Shown: piece after piece, positions 47,799-57,823 of the stretch | Layout: the number at the start of each line of letters is the position of its first letter | How positions within the stretch are numbered: position 1 is the stretch's first letter | IMG/VR virus record: IMGVR_UViG_3300044627_004988 | Length of the DNA: 64,000 nucleotides | Reading direction: 5' to 3' (one strand) | Source: an uncultured virus (IMG/VR IMGVR_UViG_3300044627_004988) | Lineage: Duplodnaviria; Heunggongvirae; Uroviricota; Caudoviricetes | Translations under genes and position numbers: made by a program | Notes under the pieces: generated by a model | Told to the model about the DNA's origin: nothing | The model's input: only the letters and a program-made list of their open reading frames with translations | Databases searched by the model: none

Positions 47799-48009
47799 CC
47801 ATCAAAGTTTTCATAATCAAAAGATTTAATCTATGAAGATCATGTGGGGACATACTAAAAACAAAATCATGTCCTTCAACAGTTTGTATACTGATGCAGT
47901 GCACATCGACAATTTCTCCGCTTGATGCAAGGGAGTTAGTAAGAGCCGAGACTGTAACATTTTTGATTAATGGCATAAAGCCATCGAACATAGAGTAACC
48001 GTTTTCCAT
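47788..48009 (-). CDS. Hypothetical protein (apparently leaderless)
   Basis: TATAAT 6 nt upstream of ATG. Confidence 0.6.
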   Translation of the reverse strand: MENGYSMFDGFMPLIKNVTVSALTNSLASSGEIVDVHCISIQTVEGHDFVFSMSPHDLHRLNLLIMKTLMVDI

Positions 48010-48046
48010 GCACCTATTATACTACAAGATAAAGTAGTAGGCTGTA

Positions 48047-48238
48047 TTATTTAGATAATAGTATACCTATGGTCACAGCGTGTAGCGAAAAATATACTAA
48101 GTTTAAAATTAAAGCTTTAAAAGAATTTTTATTGATGTGCCAATGCATTTTGTGGTGGCCGTGGTCAGGATTAACGCCATCACCATTGCTGCAAGGTTGG
48201 TCGTTATGTACGTGATGTTCTTTATTAGTGCAGTTCAT
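48047..48238 (-). CDS. His-rich small membrane protein
   Basis: HHVH/HGHH then hydrophobic C-terminus; TAATG coupling. Confidence 0.5.
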   Translation of the reverse strand: MNCTNKEHHVHNDQPCSNGDGVNPDHGHHKMHWHINKNSFKALILNLVYFSLHAVTIGILLSK

Positions 48239-48483
48239 TAGCTCTTCTTGTTACTCGCTTTTGTATCATTAAGTTGTCCGGTTAAATGATCATGGATATG
48301 AGTGTCTAATTTATCCTCTATGCTTGCAACGTCTTCGTCAATATTGTTTATACTCACAAGAAGGTTATCAAGTTTATCTTTAACAAAACCATGATCTTTG
48401 ACGTTTTCTCGACGCCCTTTTTCTACCATAATTGTTAGAAGCCCAAAAGCTCCAGTAACGATTGCAGCTATAACAAGTTCCAT
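48238..48483 (-). CDS. Small TM plus coiled-coil protein (holin-like)
   Basis: N-terminal TM, R.EN..DH, LD.HI.DH. Confidence 0.6.
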   Translation of the reverse strand: MELVIAAIVTGAFGLLTIMVEKGRRENVKDHGFVKDKLDNLLVSINNIDEDVASIEDKLDTHIHDHLTGQLNDTKASNKKS

Positions 48484-48564
48484 TAGTTACCACCCTATGC
48501 TTTTGGTTATTTTAGCGTTAAGGTACATAGTAACACTATAAAACAATAACCTAGAAGAATAATA

Positions 48565-48852
48565 TTACTTTTTTGTATTATTCTTTTTTGGTGCTGGCTT
48601 TTTTGCTACTGGCTTCTTAGCTGCTGGCTTCTTAGTCTTTTTTACTTTGTCGACTTCGTTATTTACTTGCTTCTTTACTTCTTCAACAGAATTGTCTACA
48701 GCAATTGCTACCTTTTCTGCTTCTTCAACAACCTCTTTGACGACTACGTTAACCGAAGACTTGATGCTTTCGCTAGGAATAGAATCAATCAACTTCTTAA
48801 CATCTTTGCCGGCCATAAGCGCCTTAAGTCTAAGAACTAATTTTTTGAACAT
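48565..48852 (-). CDS. Basic protein with KKP(A/V)A repeats
   Basis: KKPAAKKPVAKKPAPKK tail. Confidence 0.6.
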   Translation of the reverse strand: MFKKLVLRLKALMAGKDVKKLIDSIPSESIKSSVNVVVKEVVEEAEKVAIAVDNSVEEVKKQVNNEVDKVKKTKKPAAKKPVAKKPAPKKNNTKK

Positions 48853-48923
48853 GTTTTTACCTTTTCTTTAAAGTTTAAGTGGATTATCAGTATATACTAT
48901 AGTAGCCAAATAAGTCAAATTGC

Positions 48924-49244
48924 TTACTTGTTTTGTTGCGATTCCTTGATTAAAGAATATCTTTCGCTAGTTTCCTTTGAAACCAAGGAGAAAGCATAGG
49001 CAGCAGCTTCCTGGACTGCCAGTCTAAGGCCTTCCTTGTCCTCTAGGGATACACCATTTAGGGGCAAAGTTACCCCAGCATAGATATCAATATTTTCAAA
49101 GTTACCTATATTGACTTTTCTATTGACCCCACATATAAATATTGGGTTGGACGATATAGATATCTCAGCAGCGTTTATCGATACGATGTTGTCTATCGGT
49201 GAGTCTGAAGACTGTTCTTGTGCGGTCTTTGTTATTTTAGGCAT
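48924..49244 (-). CDS. Hypothetical protein
   Basis: RKVNIGNFENIDI; AGGAG SD. Confidence 0.7.
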   Translation of the reverse strand: MPKITKTAQEQSSDSPIDNIVSINAAEISISSNPIFICGVNRKVNIGNFENIDIYAGVTLPLNGVSLEDKEGLRLAVQEAAAYAFSLVSKETSERYSLIKESQQNK

Positions 49245-50025
49245 TGCTTTTCTCCTGTAACCCTAGTAATTTTAATGTTGCTTCTGTTTGTTCTTCTATG
49301 TCCATGTTGTCTGTTTCTATGACAAAAGACGCTATGTCTTTTACCTTGTCTAAAAACAGCTCACTTGAATGTGAACTTTGTTCCGTAGTAGATAGTCTAC
49401 CATCTCTTTTGAGTAAACGGTTGTTCAATGTTTCTTCTGTTGCAGAATAATATATTACAATACCGTTAGGCATCTTGAGAATTGATTTTGCTTCGTTTTC
49501 GTATCTAACATCTGATATTATAACACAGAAAGGATTTTCTTCTGCGTCTTCATCTAGTGAAGATACGTATTTTCTATAAAGATTCATTGTCTTATGTATT
49601 GCCCAGTGGCAGAAGCAGTCTTCGTAACCATCTCTACAAATATCTCCAGCTTTTTGCAAGAAAGATCTTGGCTTAACGCCTTCTGGTTCTATATTTAGTT
49701 CGTATATTTGGTTGACTTTTTCTATTAATAAATCGTAATCCGGTATGATGCCAATAGAAGATCTTCCGTATATCTCATAGAGAGTATCGTGAAGCGCGTA
49801 CTTCTTTCTTGAGTCAGCATTTAAACCTTGTATGTTTTTCTTGGAGGAAGCCATCTCGTATAATGGAAGGGCGTAAAATATATGGTCCCACTTCATACCG
49901 TACCTAAGGACTTCAAAGCCAGCTTTAGGAACTATCGATTCTGCTACAGAGGTCTTGCCGCTACCAGCTCTACCAGCTAAACCTATAACAATAGGTTGTT
50001 GTTTTTTAAATGTTGTTTTTTCCAT
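49237..50025 (-). CDS. Deoxynucleoside monophosphate kinase
   Basis: IGLAGRAGSGKT, PRSFLQ..G...R, IISDVRYENE, H.SE; ATG 50025 lies 7 nt after TGATATAAT. Confidence 0.85.
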   Translation of the reverse strand: MEKTTFKKQQPIVIGLAGRAGSGKTSVAESIVPKAGFEVLRYGMKWDHIFYALPLYEMASSKKNIQGLNADSRKKYALHDTLYEIYGRSSIGIIPDYDLLIEKVNQIYELNIEPEGVKPRSFLQKAGDICRDGYEDCFCHWAIHKTMNLYRKYVSSLDEDAEENPFCVIISDVRYENEAKSILKMPNGIVIYYSATEETLNNRLLKRDGRLSTTEQSSHSSELFLDKVKDIASFVIETDNMDIEEQTEATLKLLGLQEKSNA

Positions 50026-50038
50026 GTGGTATATTATA

Positions 50039-50473
50039 TCACGCTTTCTGGTAAGATGACATTCTTTTTTCAAGTTGATCTAAAAATTGGTTGCATAGTT
50101 GGTCAGGTTCCCAGACTATATTTCTGCTAACTTGAACAACCCTAAAATTAAACTCTTGCTTAACATCTTCTATAGTCATCAGTAAAGGGAGCAGCGCCTT
50201 ATTCTTGCATTTCCATTTTCCATTTATGTGGTTTGCCACTACAGCAGAATCAGTATATATGATTGGGTCTAGAAACCCAGACATACTACAAACAAGTAAA
50301 CCGGCAATTACGGCCTCGTATTCTGCCTCATTATTACTTCTAGACCCAAGCCCCCTTGCAAACTGAGCCACTTTTTTTCTATTCTTATATACGACAGTAG
50401 CGCAAGACGCTTCTCCTATCTTTTTTTGTCCTTGCCCCCTTGAAGCTCCATCACAAAAAACCTCTATATGCAT
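50039..50473 (-). CDS. rnhA: Ribonuclease HI
   Basis: DGASRG, NNEAEYEA, DS..V...I.G.WK. Confidence 0.85.
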   Translation of the reverse strand: MHIEVFCDGASRGQGQKKIGEASCATVVYKNRKKVAQFARGLGSRSNNEAEYEAVIAGLLVCSMSGFLDPIIYTDSAVVANHINGKWKCKNKALLPLLMTIEDVKQEFNFRVVQVSRNIVWEPDQLCNQFLDQLEKRMSSYQKA

Positions 50474-50477
50474 GTGC

Positions 50478-50702
50478 CTACTGCAACTCTACGTAACATT
50501 CTATGTTTCTTTCTTTTGCTACTTCAACAAGCTTCTTCTCCTGTTTTGTAGTAGTTATTATCATCGTTGCAAATAATAAATAATTCTTTGACTTATACCT
50601 TACCTGTGTTGGGTAGTCTAAAGACTTTCTTGTTTCGGAATAAAATTCTTCCGGTGTTTCTACGCACTTATAGTGGGCTATGTACTTGACTGCCATTACC
50701 AT
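50478..50702 (-). CDS. Hypothetical protein
   Basis: 74-aa ORF coupled to upstream gene. Confidence 0.55.
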   Translation of the reverse strand: MVMAVKYIAHYKCVETPEEFYSETRKSLDYPTQVRYKSKNYLLFATMIITTTKQEKKLVEVAKERNIECYVELQ

Positions 50703-51211
50703 TGGGTATACTCACTTTCGGAATGCATTCCTTTGTCTTCTCTTGCTGAAGCTATTTGCATTGATTGAACCTTGTCCATTAATTTTCTAGCCGACTCAGA
50801 AGCTATTCTAGAAGAAGTCTCCATCGACTCTGCTAAGTTGACTATAGCTTCTGCAGTCACCATAGCCTCGTATTCGCCTTCTGCTGCAGTCAGCGCTGAT
50901 GCTTCTCTTTCGGCTTCGTTCTTGCCGTTTCTATTCTTCTTGTAGATTCTTTTATACCTACCTTCTACTATCTTATAATGGGCTCTAGCCATACCAGCAA
51001 ATCTAGCTGCTCTACCAAAGGCGTTGGAAGTTTTAGCTACAAGATTAGCTAGGTCATGGATACCTAAATCTACATTATCCATATCTGGTATTTCAATAAA
51101 ATACTTTTTATAGTTTTCACCCGCAGCGTAAGCATTTAGCACCTCTGTTATCTGAGGGCTTAAAAAATCGCTAAGTAAGCGGTGTAGCGTTTGTAGATTT
51201 TGATCTTCCAA
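50696..51211 (-). CDS. Hypothetical helical protein
   Basis: 171-aa ORF. Confidence 0.65.
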   Translation of the reverse strand: MEDQNLQTLHRLLSDFLSPQITEVLNAYAAGENYKKYFIEIPDMDNVDLGIHDLANLVAKTSNAFGRAARFAGMARAHYKIVEGRYKRIYKKNRNGKNEAEREASALTAAEGEYEAMVTAEAIVNLAESMETSSRIASESARKLMDKVQSMQIASAREDKGMHSESEYTQW

Positions 51212-51215
51212 TTTT

Positions 51216-52065
51216 TTATTCCTTTACGAATTTGAAAAGATCCTCTAGATTTGAGGATGCTATTATTGATTTAATTTTATCTCTTATATCTTTTAAGTGT
51301 TCTCTAACTGTGTTAGGATGCTCTGTTATTCTTTCTGCTATCTCCGAAGATTTCTTTCCATCAACAAACCTCCATTTTAGCAGCTGTCTCTCTTGAATGG
51401 ATAGCTGGTTGAAAGGTTCTGCCGCAGTAGTCCCAAGAACCCACATCTCATCTATTGATTCAACACATAACAGCTTTGCTAGATCGTACTCTACTGGTGG
51501 AGCCTTGAACCCTACTTGTTGTTCGCCGTCTTCTGGTTCGTAATCATCATCTGTTATAAGCGGAAATGTTTTTCTTCCTAGTTGATCTATTAAGAATGTG
51601 TCAACATTTTTCTTCAATAAGTAGAAGAAATAACTATAAAGGAATGCGCTAAATGGTATAGGCCCTTTCTCGGAGTCTTTCCTTTGATACCTGCCTATGC
51701 ACTGAAAGAACGTCATGTCGACAGTCTGCCTGATGTCTTCTTCGTCCCCGTACCTTTTTGCCATGTAGGTTATTCCCCTCATCGCTTCATTAACTATCTT
51801 CAAAGCAGAAGGGTTCATCTTGTTCCTTACCAAGGCTAGCCTTGCGTAATTGTCTTTTATAAAAAGAGCTATGAACCTTCTTATGTCATAATCTGCTAGG
51901 TTGTACTTTCCGGTAGTACAGCATTGTAGAATACTTTGTCAAAAAGTTATTGAAAACTTTTATCAATTCATTTTGAGCGGACATGTTTCCATCTTTTGCT
52001 TTTTGAATCAAGTCCTGCATTTCGTTTTCTTCTAAGGTGTAATACTGTTCCTTATATGCCGCCAT
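51216..52065 (-). CDS. Sigma70-family RNA polymerase sigma factor with one +1 frameshift near 51910
   Basis: LIQKAKDGN..AQNELI; EDIRQ...FF..I.RY......FSAF (region 2); LS.QERQLL.WRF.DG....EIA (region 4); 850 nt = 283 codons + 1. Confidence 0.75.
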
Positions 52066-52066
52066 T

Positions 52067-52633
52067 TTATTTGCCTTCCCATTTGTATATTAATTCAAAG
52101 TAATAATCCCTGATATCTTCATAGAAAATTACATTAGGTACTTCTAGGTCTTCGACAAACTTTTTGGCTTCATTTGAATACCTGCTTATGATCATCGTGA
52201 ACTTACTAAACTCTTCTGGATAATACCTTTTAAATCTTTTAATTTTTATTTTACTTTTTTCATCTAGATAACCTTTTATCTCAATCCATTCTTGAGTTTT
52301 ATTAAAATAAAAATCAGGAGTATAAGATTTAGTTCCCCTTTTAATCGGGTATGTAAAAACTTTTGGTTCAAATTCAAAATCTATTTTATATATGAGAGCA
52401 AGCCTTGCAAAGTTTGCTTCCCAATTAGACCTTACGTTTATTCCTATGTCTTCTCTGTATCCAGTTTTTGTGTACCTGTACAAGTTGCCTTTGCCGCCTT
52501 TGGGTGATACACTATCCTCTTGCGGTATATTTTTATTTAAATATTTCTTAGCAGCGGCTTTAAAATTCGGATGTTTTGATTGAAAAGATTTTTCCAAAAA
52601 AAACTCGTCTGGCTTGACAACTGTGATGCTCAT
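52067..52633 (-). CDS. PD-(D/E)xK endonuclease (T7 endonuclease I-like)
   Basis: RS.WE..F, FEFEP, YTPDF, EIKG. Confidence 0.8.
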   Translation of the reverse strand: MSITVVKPDEFFLEKSFQSKHPNFKAAAKKYLNKNIPQEDSVSPKGGKGNLYRYTKTGYREDIGINVRSNWEANFARLALIYKIDFEFEPKVFTYPIKRGTKSYTPDFYFNKTQEWIEIKGYLDEKSKIKIKRFKRYYPEEFSKFTMIISRYSNEAKKFVEDLEVPNVIFYEDIRDYYFELIYKWEGK

Positions 52634-52720
52634 GAGATATCCTTACTGCTTGTTAGTTATACCTATTATATAATACTTTTAAATAAAATACAAGTTAACC
52701 ACTCAGAATAGGAAAATAAG

Positions 52721-52897
52721 ATGACAACATTAAACTTACTAGTTAATAATTTTGTAGCTGATATGCAGAGCTCGGCAGTTAAGACTCTCGAACTGCTTGG
52801 TTACAGCACAGATGATGCAATCAAGGTAGTTATCGAAAGCGACAATGGCGTTGACCTTGTAGCTGATTCAGTTAACAACGCAACTTACAGTATCTAA
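52721..52897 (+). CDS. 58-aa UBA-like / RuvA-CTD-like three-helix protein
   Basis: MTTLNLLVNNFVADMQSSAVKTLELLGYSTDDAIKVVIESDNGVDLVADSVNNATYSI; AGGA upstream; own terminator. Confidence 0.6.
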   Translation: MTTLNLLVNNFVADMQSSAVKTLELLGYSTDDAIKVVIESDNGVDLVADSVNNATYSI

Positions 52898-52916
52898 TTT
52901 AAATTAATTAGACAAC

Positions 52917-53723
52917 TTAGCCCAGGGCCTTTCGGCTCTGGGCTTTTTTGTTGCGCATAACTCCGGTTGCACAAGCACCGGACTTTGCATGGTCGCAGAA
53001 AGAACAGACTCTTTCATTGGACGTAGTAGGGAAGCTGATGTCATTCCTAATCTTATTACCCTGTTCGATCAAGTTATCGTAGGCAGATTGGATGTCCTCG
53101 TCAGTAAACAAATGGCCCTTGCGCTTACCTGATCTTAGGTAATAAAGCTCCGCATAGATCTGCTTGTCAGGATAGGCTAGCTTGGCTGCCAGAGCGTATA
53201 TACCGAGCTGTAGGTTGTCTTTAATGGATTTTTGCGATACTTCCCACTTACCGGTTTTATAATCTATAATCTCGATTCTGTCGTCGTATTCATCGACTCT
53301 ATCTATGAAACCATTAACATTAAATGGACCTACAATAAAGTTAAAACCCATTTCTTTATGTTTAATATGTAGGGTCTCACCGGAATGTCTATCGTAGAAT
53401 TCGTTTAATATCTCTTTGCCAACTGATATAAGCTCAGAGTTAATAATAGAATTAGGATCCCACTCAGACTTCTTTTGTTCATAAGAATTAAAAAGACTCT
53501 CTATGTCTAGGTCTTTTTCGTTGGAAAGATTATCCTCTAACACGGAGTGAACTATATTGCCTAGTACGGCTGCCTCTCCAAATAGTCTAGGTTCTTTTTG
53601 TATGTAGCCATAAAAGTATTTTGCTGGGCACATTTTGTAAGTGTCAATCCTAGAATACGACAAGTCCATCAAGGACATTCTTTCCAAGTCAGAAAGATCT
53701 GCTACCGATTTAATGTTTATCAT
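52917..53723 (-). CDS. RecB/Cas4-like PD-(D/E)xK exonuclease
   Basis: LSYS.I..Y..CP, G..VH, GFIDRVD, IDYKTG, QL.IY, CSFC....C. Confidence 0.88.
   Translation of the reverse strand: MINIKSVADLSDLERMSLMDLSYSRIDTYKMCPAKYFYGYIQKEPRLFGEAAVLGNIVHSVLEDNLSNEKDLDIESLFNSYEQKKSEWDPNSIINSELISVGKEILNEFYDRHSGETLHIKHKEMGFNFIVGPFNVNGFIDRVDEYDDRIEIIDYKTGKWEVSQKSIKDNLQLGIYALAAKLAYPDKQIYAELYYLRSGKRKGHLFTDEDIQSAYDNLIEQGNKIRNDISFPTTSNERVCSFCDHAKSGACATGVMRNKKAQSRKALG
52919..52949 (+). terminator. Intrinsic terminator overlapping the 3' end of the convergent nuclease gene
   Basis: AGCCCAGGGCC-TTTC-GGCTCTGGGCT-TTTTT. Confidence 0.8.
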
Positions 53724-53891
53724 TTATTCCTTTAGATTGTCAGGGGAGAATATTAAAGTTCCATGTTCATCGAATTCTCTTCCGAGGTCATCGATATAAT
53801 GATTGTTGTAAATGTTTCTATAAGACCCGTTTGGCATTGGGACCCAGCCAGTATCGCCCAGCTCCATTTCGTCATAGTTTTCTTTCTTCAT

Positions 53892-54125
53892 CTATTGTTC
53901 CTCTTCTTCATCTACAGAGTTAGTTTGGATAACACAATTCATTATAGACTCCATATTAAACCAATAGTTAAGCACTCCGTATAAGTGCTCGAGTTCTTCT
54001 TTTGTTGCGTTAAAACCTGCTGCACCAGATTGAATAAAAAACAAAGGCTTTTCTTCGTCTATTGATTCGTACTCTACAAGGACAACGTTGCCCATGTGCA
54101 TTCTGCCTACTTCTGCTCTTAACAT
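53892..54125 (-). CDS. Hypothetical protein
   Basis: 77-aa ORF, GGAG SD. Confidence 0.6.
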   Translation of the reverse strand: MLRAEVGRMHMGNVVLVEYESIDEEKPLFFIQSGAAGFNATKEELEHLYGVLNYWFNMESIMNCVIQTNSVDEEEEQ

Positions 54126-54128
54126 AAA

Positions 54129-54494
54129 TTAGTCTCCAACTATTGTTATAGGGTTCCAGTTTGGATCGCCCATTTTATTTCTCATGTCATTAACGTAAGA
54201 GTCCCAATCTCTTTCGTCTTCTGATTTCTTCTCTATCTTCACGGTGCCTGCATACGGGTTTGATTTAAATCTAGTTATGACTATTCGACCCTGCTGGGTT
54301 TTCCATCTTAGTATCCCGTTTCTGCAATCACAATAGTCATCCTGACATGGCTCTATCATCCCTTGCGGATCATATCTTCCACTGCATCCGTTACACTTTG
54401 TGTAACGTTCTTTGTTCTCGCATCTGCCACAAGAATGACAATACTTCCAACAATCTTTTTCTGTTGGATTTTGAAAACTGCCTATCGCTGCCAT
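54129..54494 (-). CDS. Cys-rich hypothetical protein
   Basis: C..YC.SC.RC, CNGC, CDC; AGGAG SD. Confidence 0.65.
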   Translation of the reverse strand: MAAIGSFQNPTEKDCWKYCHSCGRCENKERYTKCNGCSGRYDPQGMIEPCQDDYCDCRNGILRWKTQQGRIVITRFKSNPYAGTVKIEKKSEDERDWDSYVNDMRNKMGDPNWNPITIVGD

Positions 54495-54505
54495 AACTCT
54501 CCTAT

Positions 54506-57500
54506 TTATAGTATGATTGTGTCAAGTAAGGCTTCTGCTTTTCTGTTTGTTGTTTTGTTAAAACGATAAACAAAAGTCCCTAAATTATTGTTTACCTTAA
54601 GATAAACCTGTTTATTACCATTGTGCGCATTTATTATATCACAAATCTGTTGTATCTTTTCTGAGTTTAAAGTATCTATTTCCAAATAGATAGCCTTACC
54701 GCTAAACAATGTAGCATGGTCTATCTTTTCTATGTTAGAAAGGAAAACTCTATAGCTTGAATTCTCATCATCGGTTTCTCTATTCAGAGTTCCAGATATG
54801 TAAACTATTTCACCTGCTTTAAAAAAATCATCTGAATAGTTTTTAGCGTCCTTAGGAAAGACTATTATTTCTAACTCACCAGTTGGATCCTCAATGTTAA
54901 ACTTAAACATTCTTGCACCTTTTTTGGTTATTATTTTTTTAGATGCAGTGATGATTCCTCCGACCTTAAGGTAGCTATTAGTCGCACACTCTGGTATCTG
55001 GATAAGCTCAACATCAATGTTTGGTTTCATCTTGTCCCAAGTCCCCTCTAGGGGGTGCTTTGTAACGTAGATACCTAGCTCTTCTTTTTCTTTTTCTAAA
55101 ATAGAAAGTTCAACTGATCTATTTAAGTCTTCATCTTCCATTTCTGGTATCAATTCGTCTAGTGCCCCAGCGTAAGACAGGTGCTCTAAAGTAGATTTTT
55201 TTAGCACGGTTGGATCACATCTTCTAAAAAAGTCATACATACTAGAGTATGGTTTTTCGGTATCTCTTTTTAGTATTATGGACTCTGCTATCGAAGCACC
55301 GATGCCGCTTACTGAACCCAAACCAAACAAGATGTTATTATCATCTTCAACTTCAAAGTCTATGCCAGATTTGTTGATCGATGGAGGAAGAACATTTATA
55401 TTCAACTTCCTACAATCGTTTAGATACAAGAATAGTTTTTCTTTATTGCCAGCCACTGAAGTTATTAAAGCTGCCATGTACTCAGCAGTGTAATGAGTTT
55501 TTAAGTATGCGGTCACATAAGATATCATTGCGTAACTTGCTGCGTGAGCTCTGTTGAAACCGTATCCACCGAAGAACTCAATGTCAGAAAATATTTTATC
55601 TGCAATTGACTTTGTCAAACCTGAGTTCTCAATGCAGCCTGTAACAAAACTTTTTCTTATTTTTGCTATCTTGTCCATCTGCTTCTTACCGATTACTTTT
55701 CTTAAGTCATCGGCTTCGCTAGCAGAAAAGCCAGCAAGGCTTCGCGCTACTGCTAAGACATCTTCCTGATAAAGCATGATGCCTAAAGAGGAACCTAATG
55801 CATCCTCCATCTTTTCATGTACATAAGATATCTTTGCCTTACCATTTTTTCTATCTATGTAAAGCTTATCCATACCGGATCCCATTGGGCCTGGTCTATA
55901 AAGTGATATCAAAGCCATAATGTCTTGGATTGATCTTGGCTGCATTTGTATCATCAGCTCGCGCATACCTGCAGACTCTAACTGAAAAACACCCATAGCG
56001 TTACCTTTGCACAGTTCCTTATAGGTATTCTCATCGTCTAAAGGTAGGTCATCAAGTATTATCTTTTGACCTGTTCTTTTCTCTACAGTTTTTATGCACT
56101 GATCTATAACGCCAAGGTTTCTTAAACCAAGAAAGTCTATTTTTAATAGCCCACATTGTTCTACTCTGCCCATGTCCCACTGCGTAACTAATGGGTTGTC
56201 AGCTCCCTTTTTCATAACTGGAAGATACTCTATTAATGGCTCTTTGGATATAACAATACCTGCAGCGTGGATGCCAGTCTGTCGGACCACGCCCTCTAAA
56301 CCAAATGCCGTGTCTATAATCAGCTTGCTATTTTCTTCTGTGCTATAAGCTGCGCTAAATTCGGTAACCTGCATACAGTCGTTCAAGTTTTTTGAAACAC
56401 CCAACACCGGCGGAGGTACTAGCTTTGCTATTCTGTCTCCGCTTGCATAGTCAAGACCAAGAGCTCTAGCTGCATCTCTAATGGATTGCTTTGCACCTGT
56501 TCTATTGAATGTGCAAATATGGGCTACTTTATCTTCACCATATTTTTGTCTTGCATACTCGATAACTTTGTCTCTGTGTCTATCGTCAAAGTCCAAGTCA
56601 ATGTCGGGCATTGACTTTCTTCCCTCTACAAGGAATCTTTCAAACAATAGACCAAACTTAATCGGGTCTAAGTTAGTTATACCAAAAGCATAGGAGAGAA
56701 TACTTCCCGCTGCTGAACCTCTTCCCCAGCCAACCGTTATATCATTAGACTTAGCCCAGCGCACAAGGTCGGAAACAACCAAAAAGTATTCTGGGAAACC
56801 CATTTCTTTTACTACTCTTATTTCATGCTGTGCTCTATCAATGATATTTTGTGGTAAGTTTTGTCCATACTTTTCTCTTAGGCCATCCCATGCTAATCTT
56901 TCAAAGTATTCTGTAGAGCTTTCTTTTGTGGGTATTGGAAAATTAGGAAAATGTATATCACCAAAATCTAACTTAAGGTCTATCATGTCATAGACATGCA
57001 TAGTATTTTTTAGTTGGTCTTCAGAAAATACAGAAGCCATTTCATCATAAGATTGTAGATAAAAATGATCACCAGAAAAAGAAAATCTATCTGGGGTATG
57101 TATGTTTGAGTTAGTGGCAACACATAACATTATGTCGTGAGCATGCGCGTCACGTTGATGAACGTAGTGACAGTCACCAGATGGGATAATCTTTGCGCCT
57201 ATATGATTAGCTACCTTAATCAAATCTGGTATGATCGCAAGCTGCTCTGCTATGCCATGGTTTTGAATTTCGATAAAATAGTTTTCTTTGCCCACAATCT
57301 GCTGCATCTTAGCTGCGTGGTTCAAGGCTGTTTTATAATCTTTTCTTAAAAGAGCCTGCGAAACTTCTCCGTTGAGACAACCAGATAGAACTATTATTCC
57401 TTCAGAGTGTTGTGATATTAAATCATGGTCCACTCTTGGCTTTACATAGTATCCTTCCGTAAAGGCTTTAGACGACATCTTGATTATGTTATGATAGCCA

Positions 57501-57820
57501 ACATTATTCTTTGCCAATATAGTTATATGGTAAGGACCTCTTTGTTCCCATTCATTTTTTGATGGGCCGGATCTTTCCTCTTCGTCTCGATCAAACCTAC
57601 TTTTTCTAGCTTGGTACATTTCAGAACCAAGAATTGGCTTTACGCCACATGCCATCCCAGCATCATAGAAGTCTAACCACGAGTGTATATTGCCGTGATC
57701 GGTCGTAGCTAATCCCAACATACCAAGGTCCTTGGCTCTAGTTAGGTATTGTTCTACGTCTCCATGCCCATCTAGCATGGAGAACACGGTGTGGTTATGT
57801 AGGTTTGTCCAATTCTTCAT
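54506..57820 (-). CDS. dnaE: DNA polymerase III alpha subunit
   Basis: PHP HNHT..S.LDG/TDHG; GRGSAAGS, MPDIDLDF, GIHAAG, KIDFLGL, GVFQLES, LYRPGP, YGFNRAH. Confidence 0.97.
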   Translation of the reverse strand: MKNWTNLHNHTVFSMLDGHGDVEQYLTRAKDLGMLGLATTDHGNIHSWLDFYDAGMACGVKPILGSEMYQARKSRFDRDEEERSGPSKNEWEQRGPYHITILAKNNVGYHNIIKMSSKAFTEGYYVKPRVDHDLISQHSEGIIVLSGCLNGEVSQALLRKDYKTALNHAAKMQQIVGKENYFIEIQNHGIAEQLAIIPDLIKVANHIGAKIIPSGDCHYVHQRDAHAHDIMLCVATNSNIHTPDRFSFSGDHFYLQSYDEMASVFSEDQLKNTMHVYDMIDLKLDFGDIHFPNFPIPTKESSTEYFERLAWDGLREKYGQNLPQNIIDRAQHEIRVVKEMGFPEYFLVVSDLVRWAKSNDITVGWGRGSAAGSILSYAFGITNLDPIKFGLLFERFLVEGRKSMPDIDLDFDDRHRDKVIEYARQKYGEDKVAHICTFNRTGAKQSIRDAARALGLDYASGDRIAKLVPPPVLGVSKNLNDCMQVTEFSAAYSTEENSKLIIDTAFGLEGVVRQTGIHAAGIVISKEPLIEYLPVMKKGADNPLVTQWDMGRVEQCGLLKIDFLGLRNLGVIDQCIKTVEKRTGQKIILDDLPLDDENTYKELCKGNAMGVFQLESAGMRELMIQMQPRSIQDIMALISLYRPGPMGSGMDKLYIDRKNGKAKISYVHEKMEDALGSSLGIMLYQEDVLAVARSLAGFSASEADDLRKVIGKKQMDKIAKIRKSFVTGCIENSGLTKSIADKIFSDIEFFGGYGFNRAHAASYAMISYVTAYLKTHYTAEYMAALITSVAGNKEKLFLYLNDCRKLNINVLPPSINKSGIDFEVEDDNNILFGLGSVSGIGASIAESIILKRDTEKPYSSMYDFFRRCDPTVLKKSTLEHLSYAGALDELIPEMEDEDLNRSVELSILEKEKEELGIYVTKHPLEGTWDKMKPNIDVELIQIPECATNSYLKVGGIITASKKIITKKGARMFKFNIEDPTGELEIIVFPKDAKNYSDDFFKAGEIVYISGTLNRETDDENSSYRVFLSNIEKIDHATLFSGKAIYLEIDTLNSEKIQQICDIINAHNGNKQVYLKVNNNLGTFVYRFNKTTNRKAEALLDTIIL

Positions 57821-57823
57821 TAA

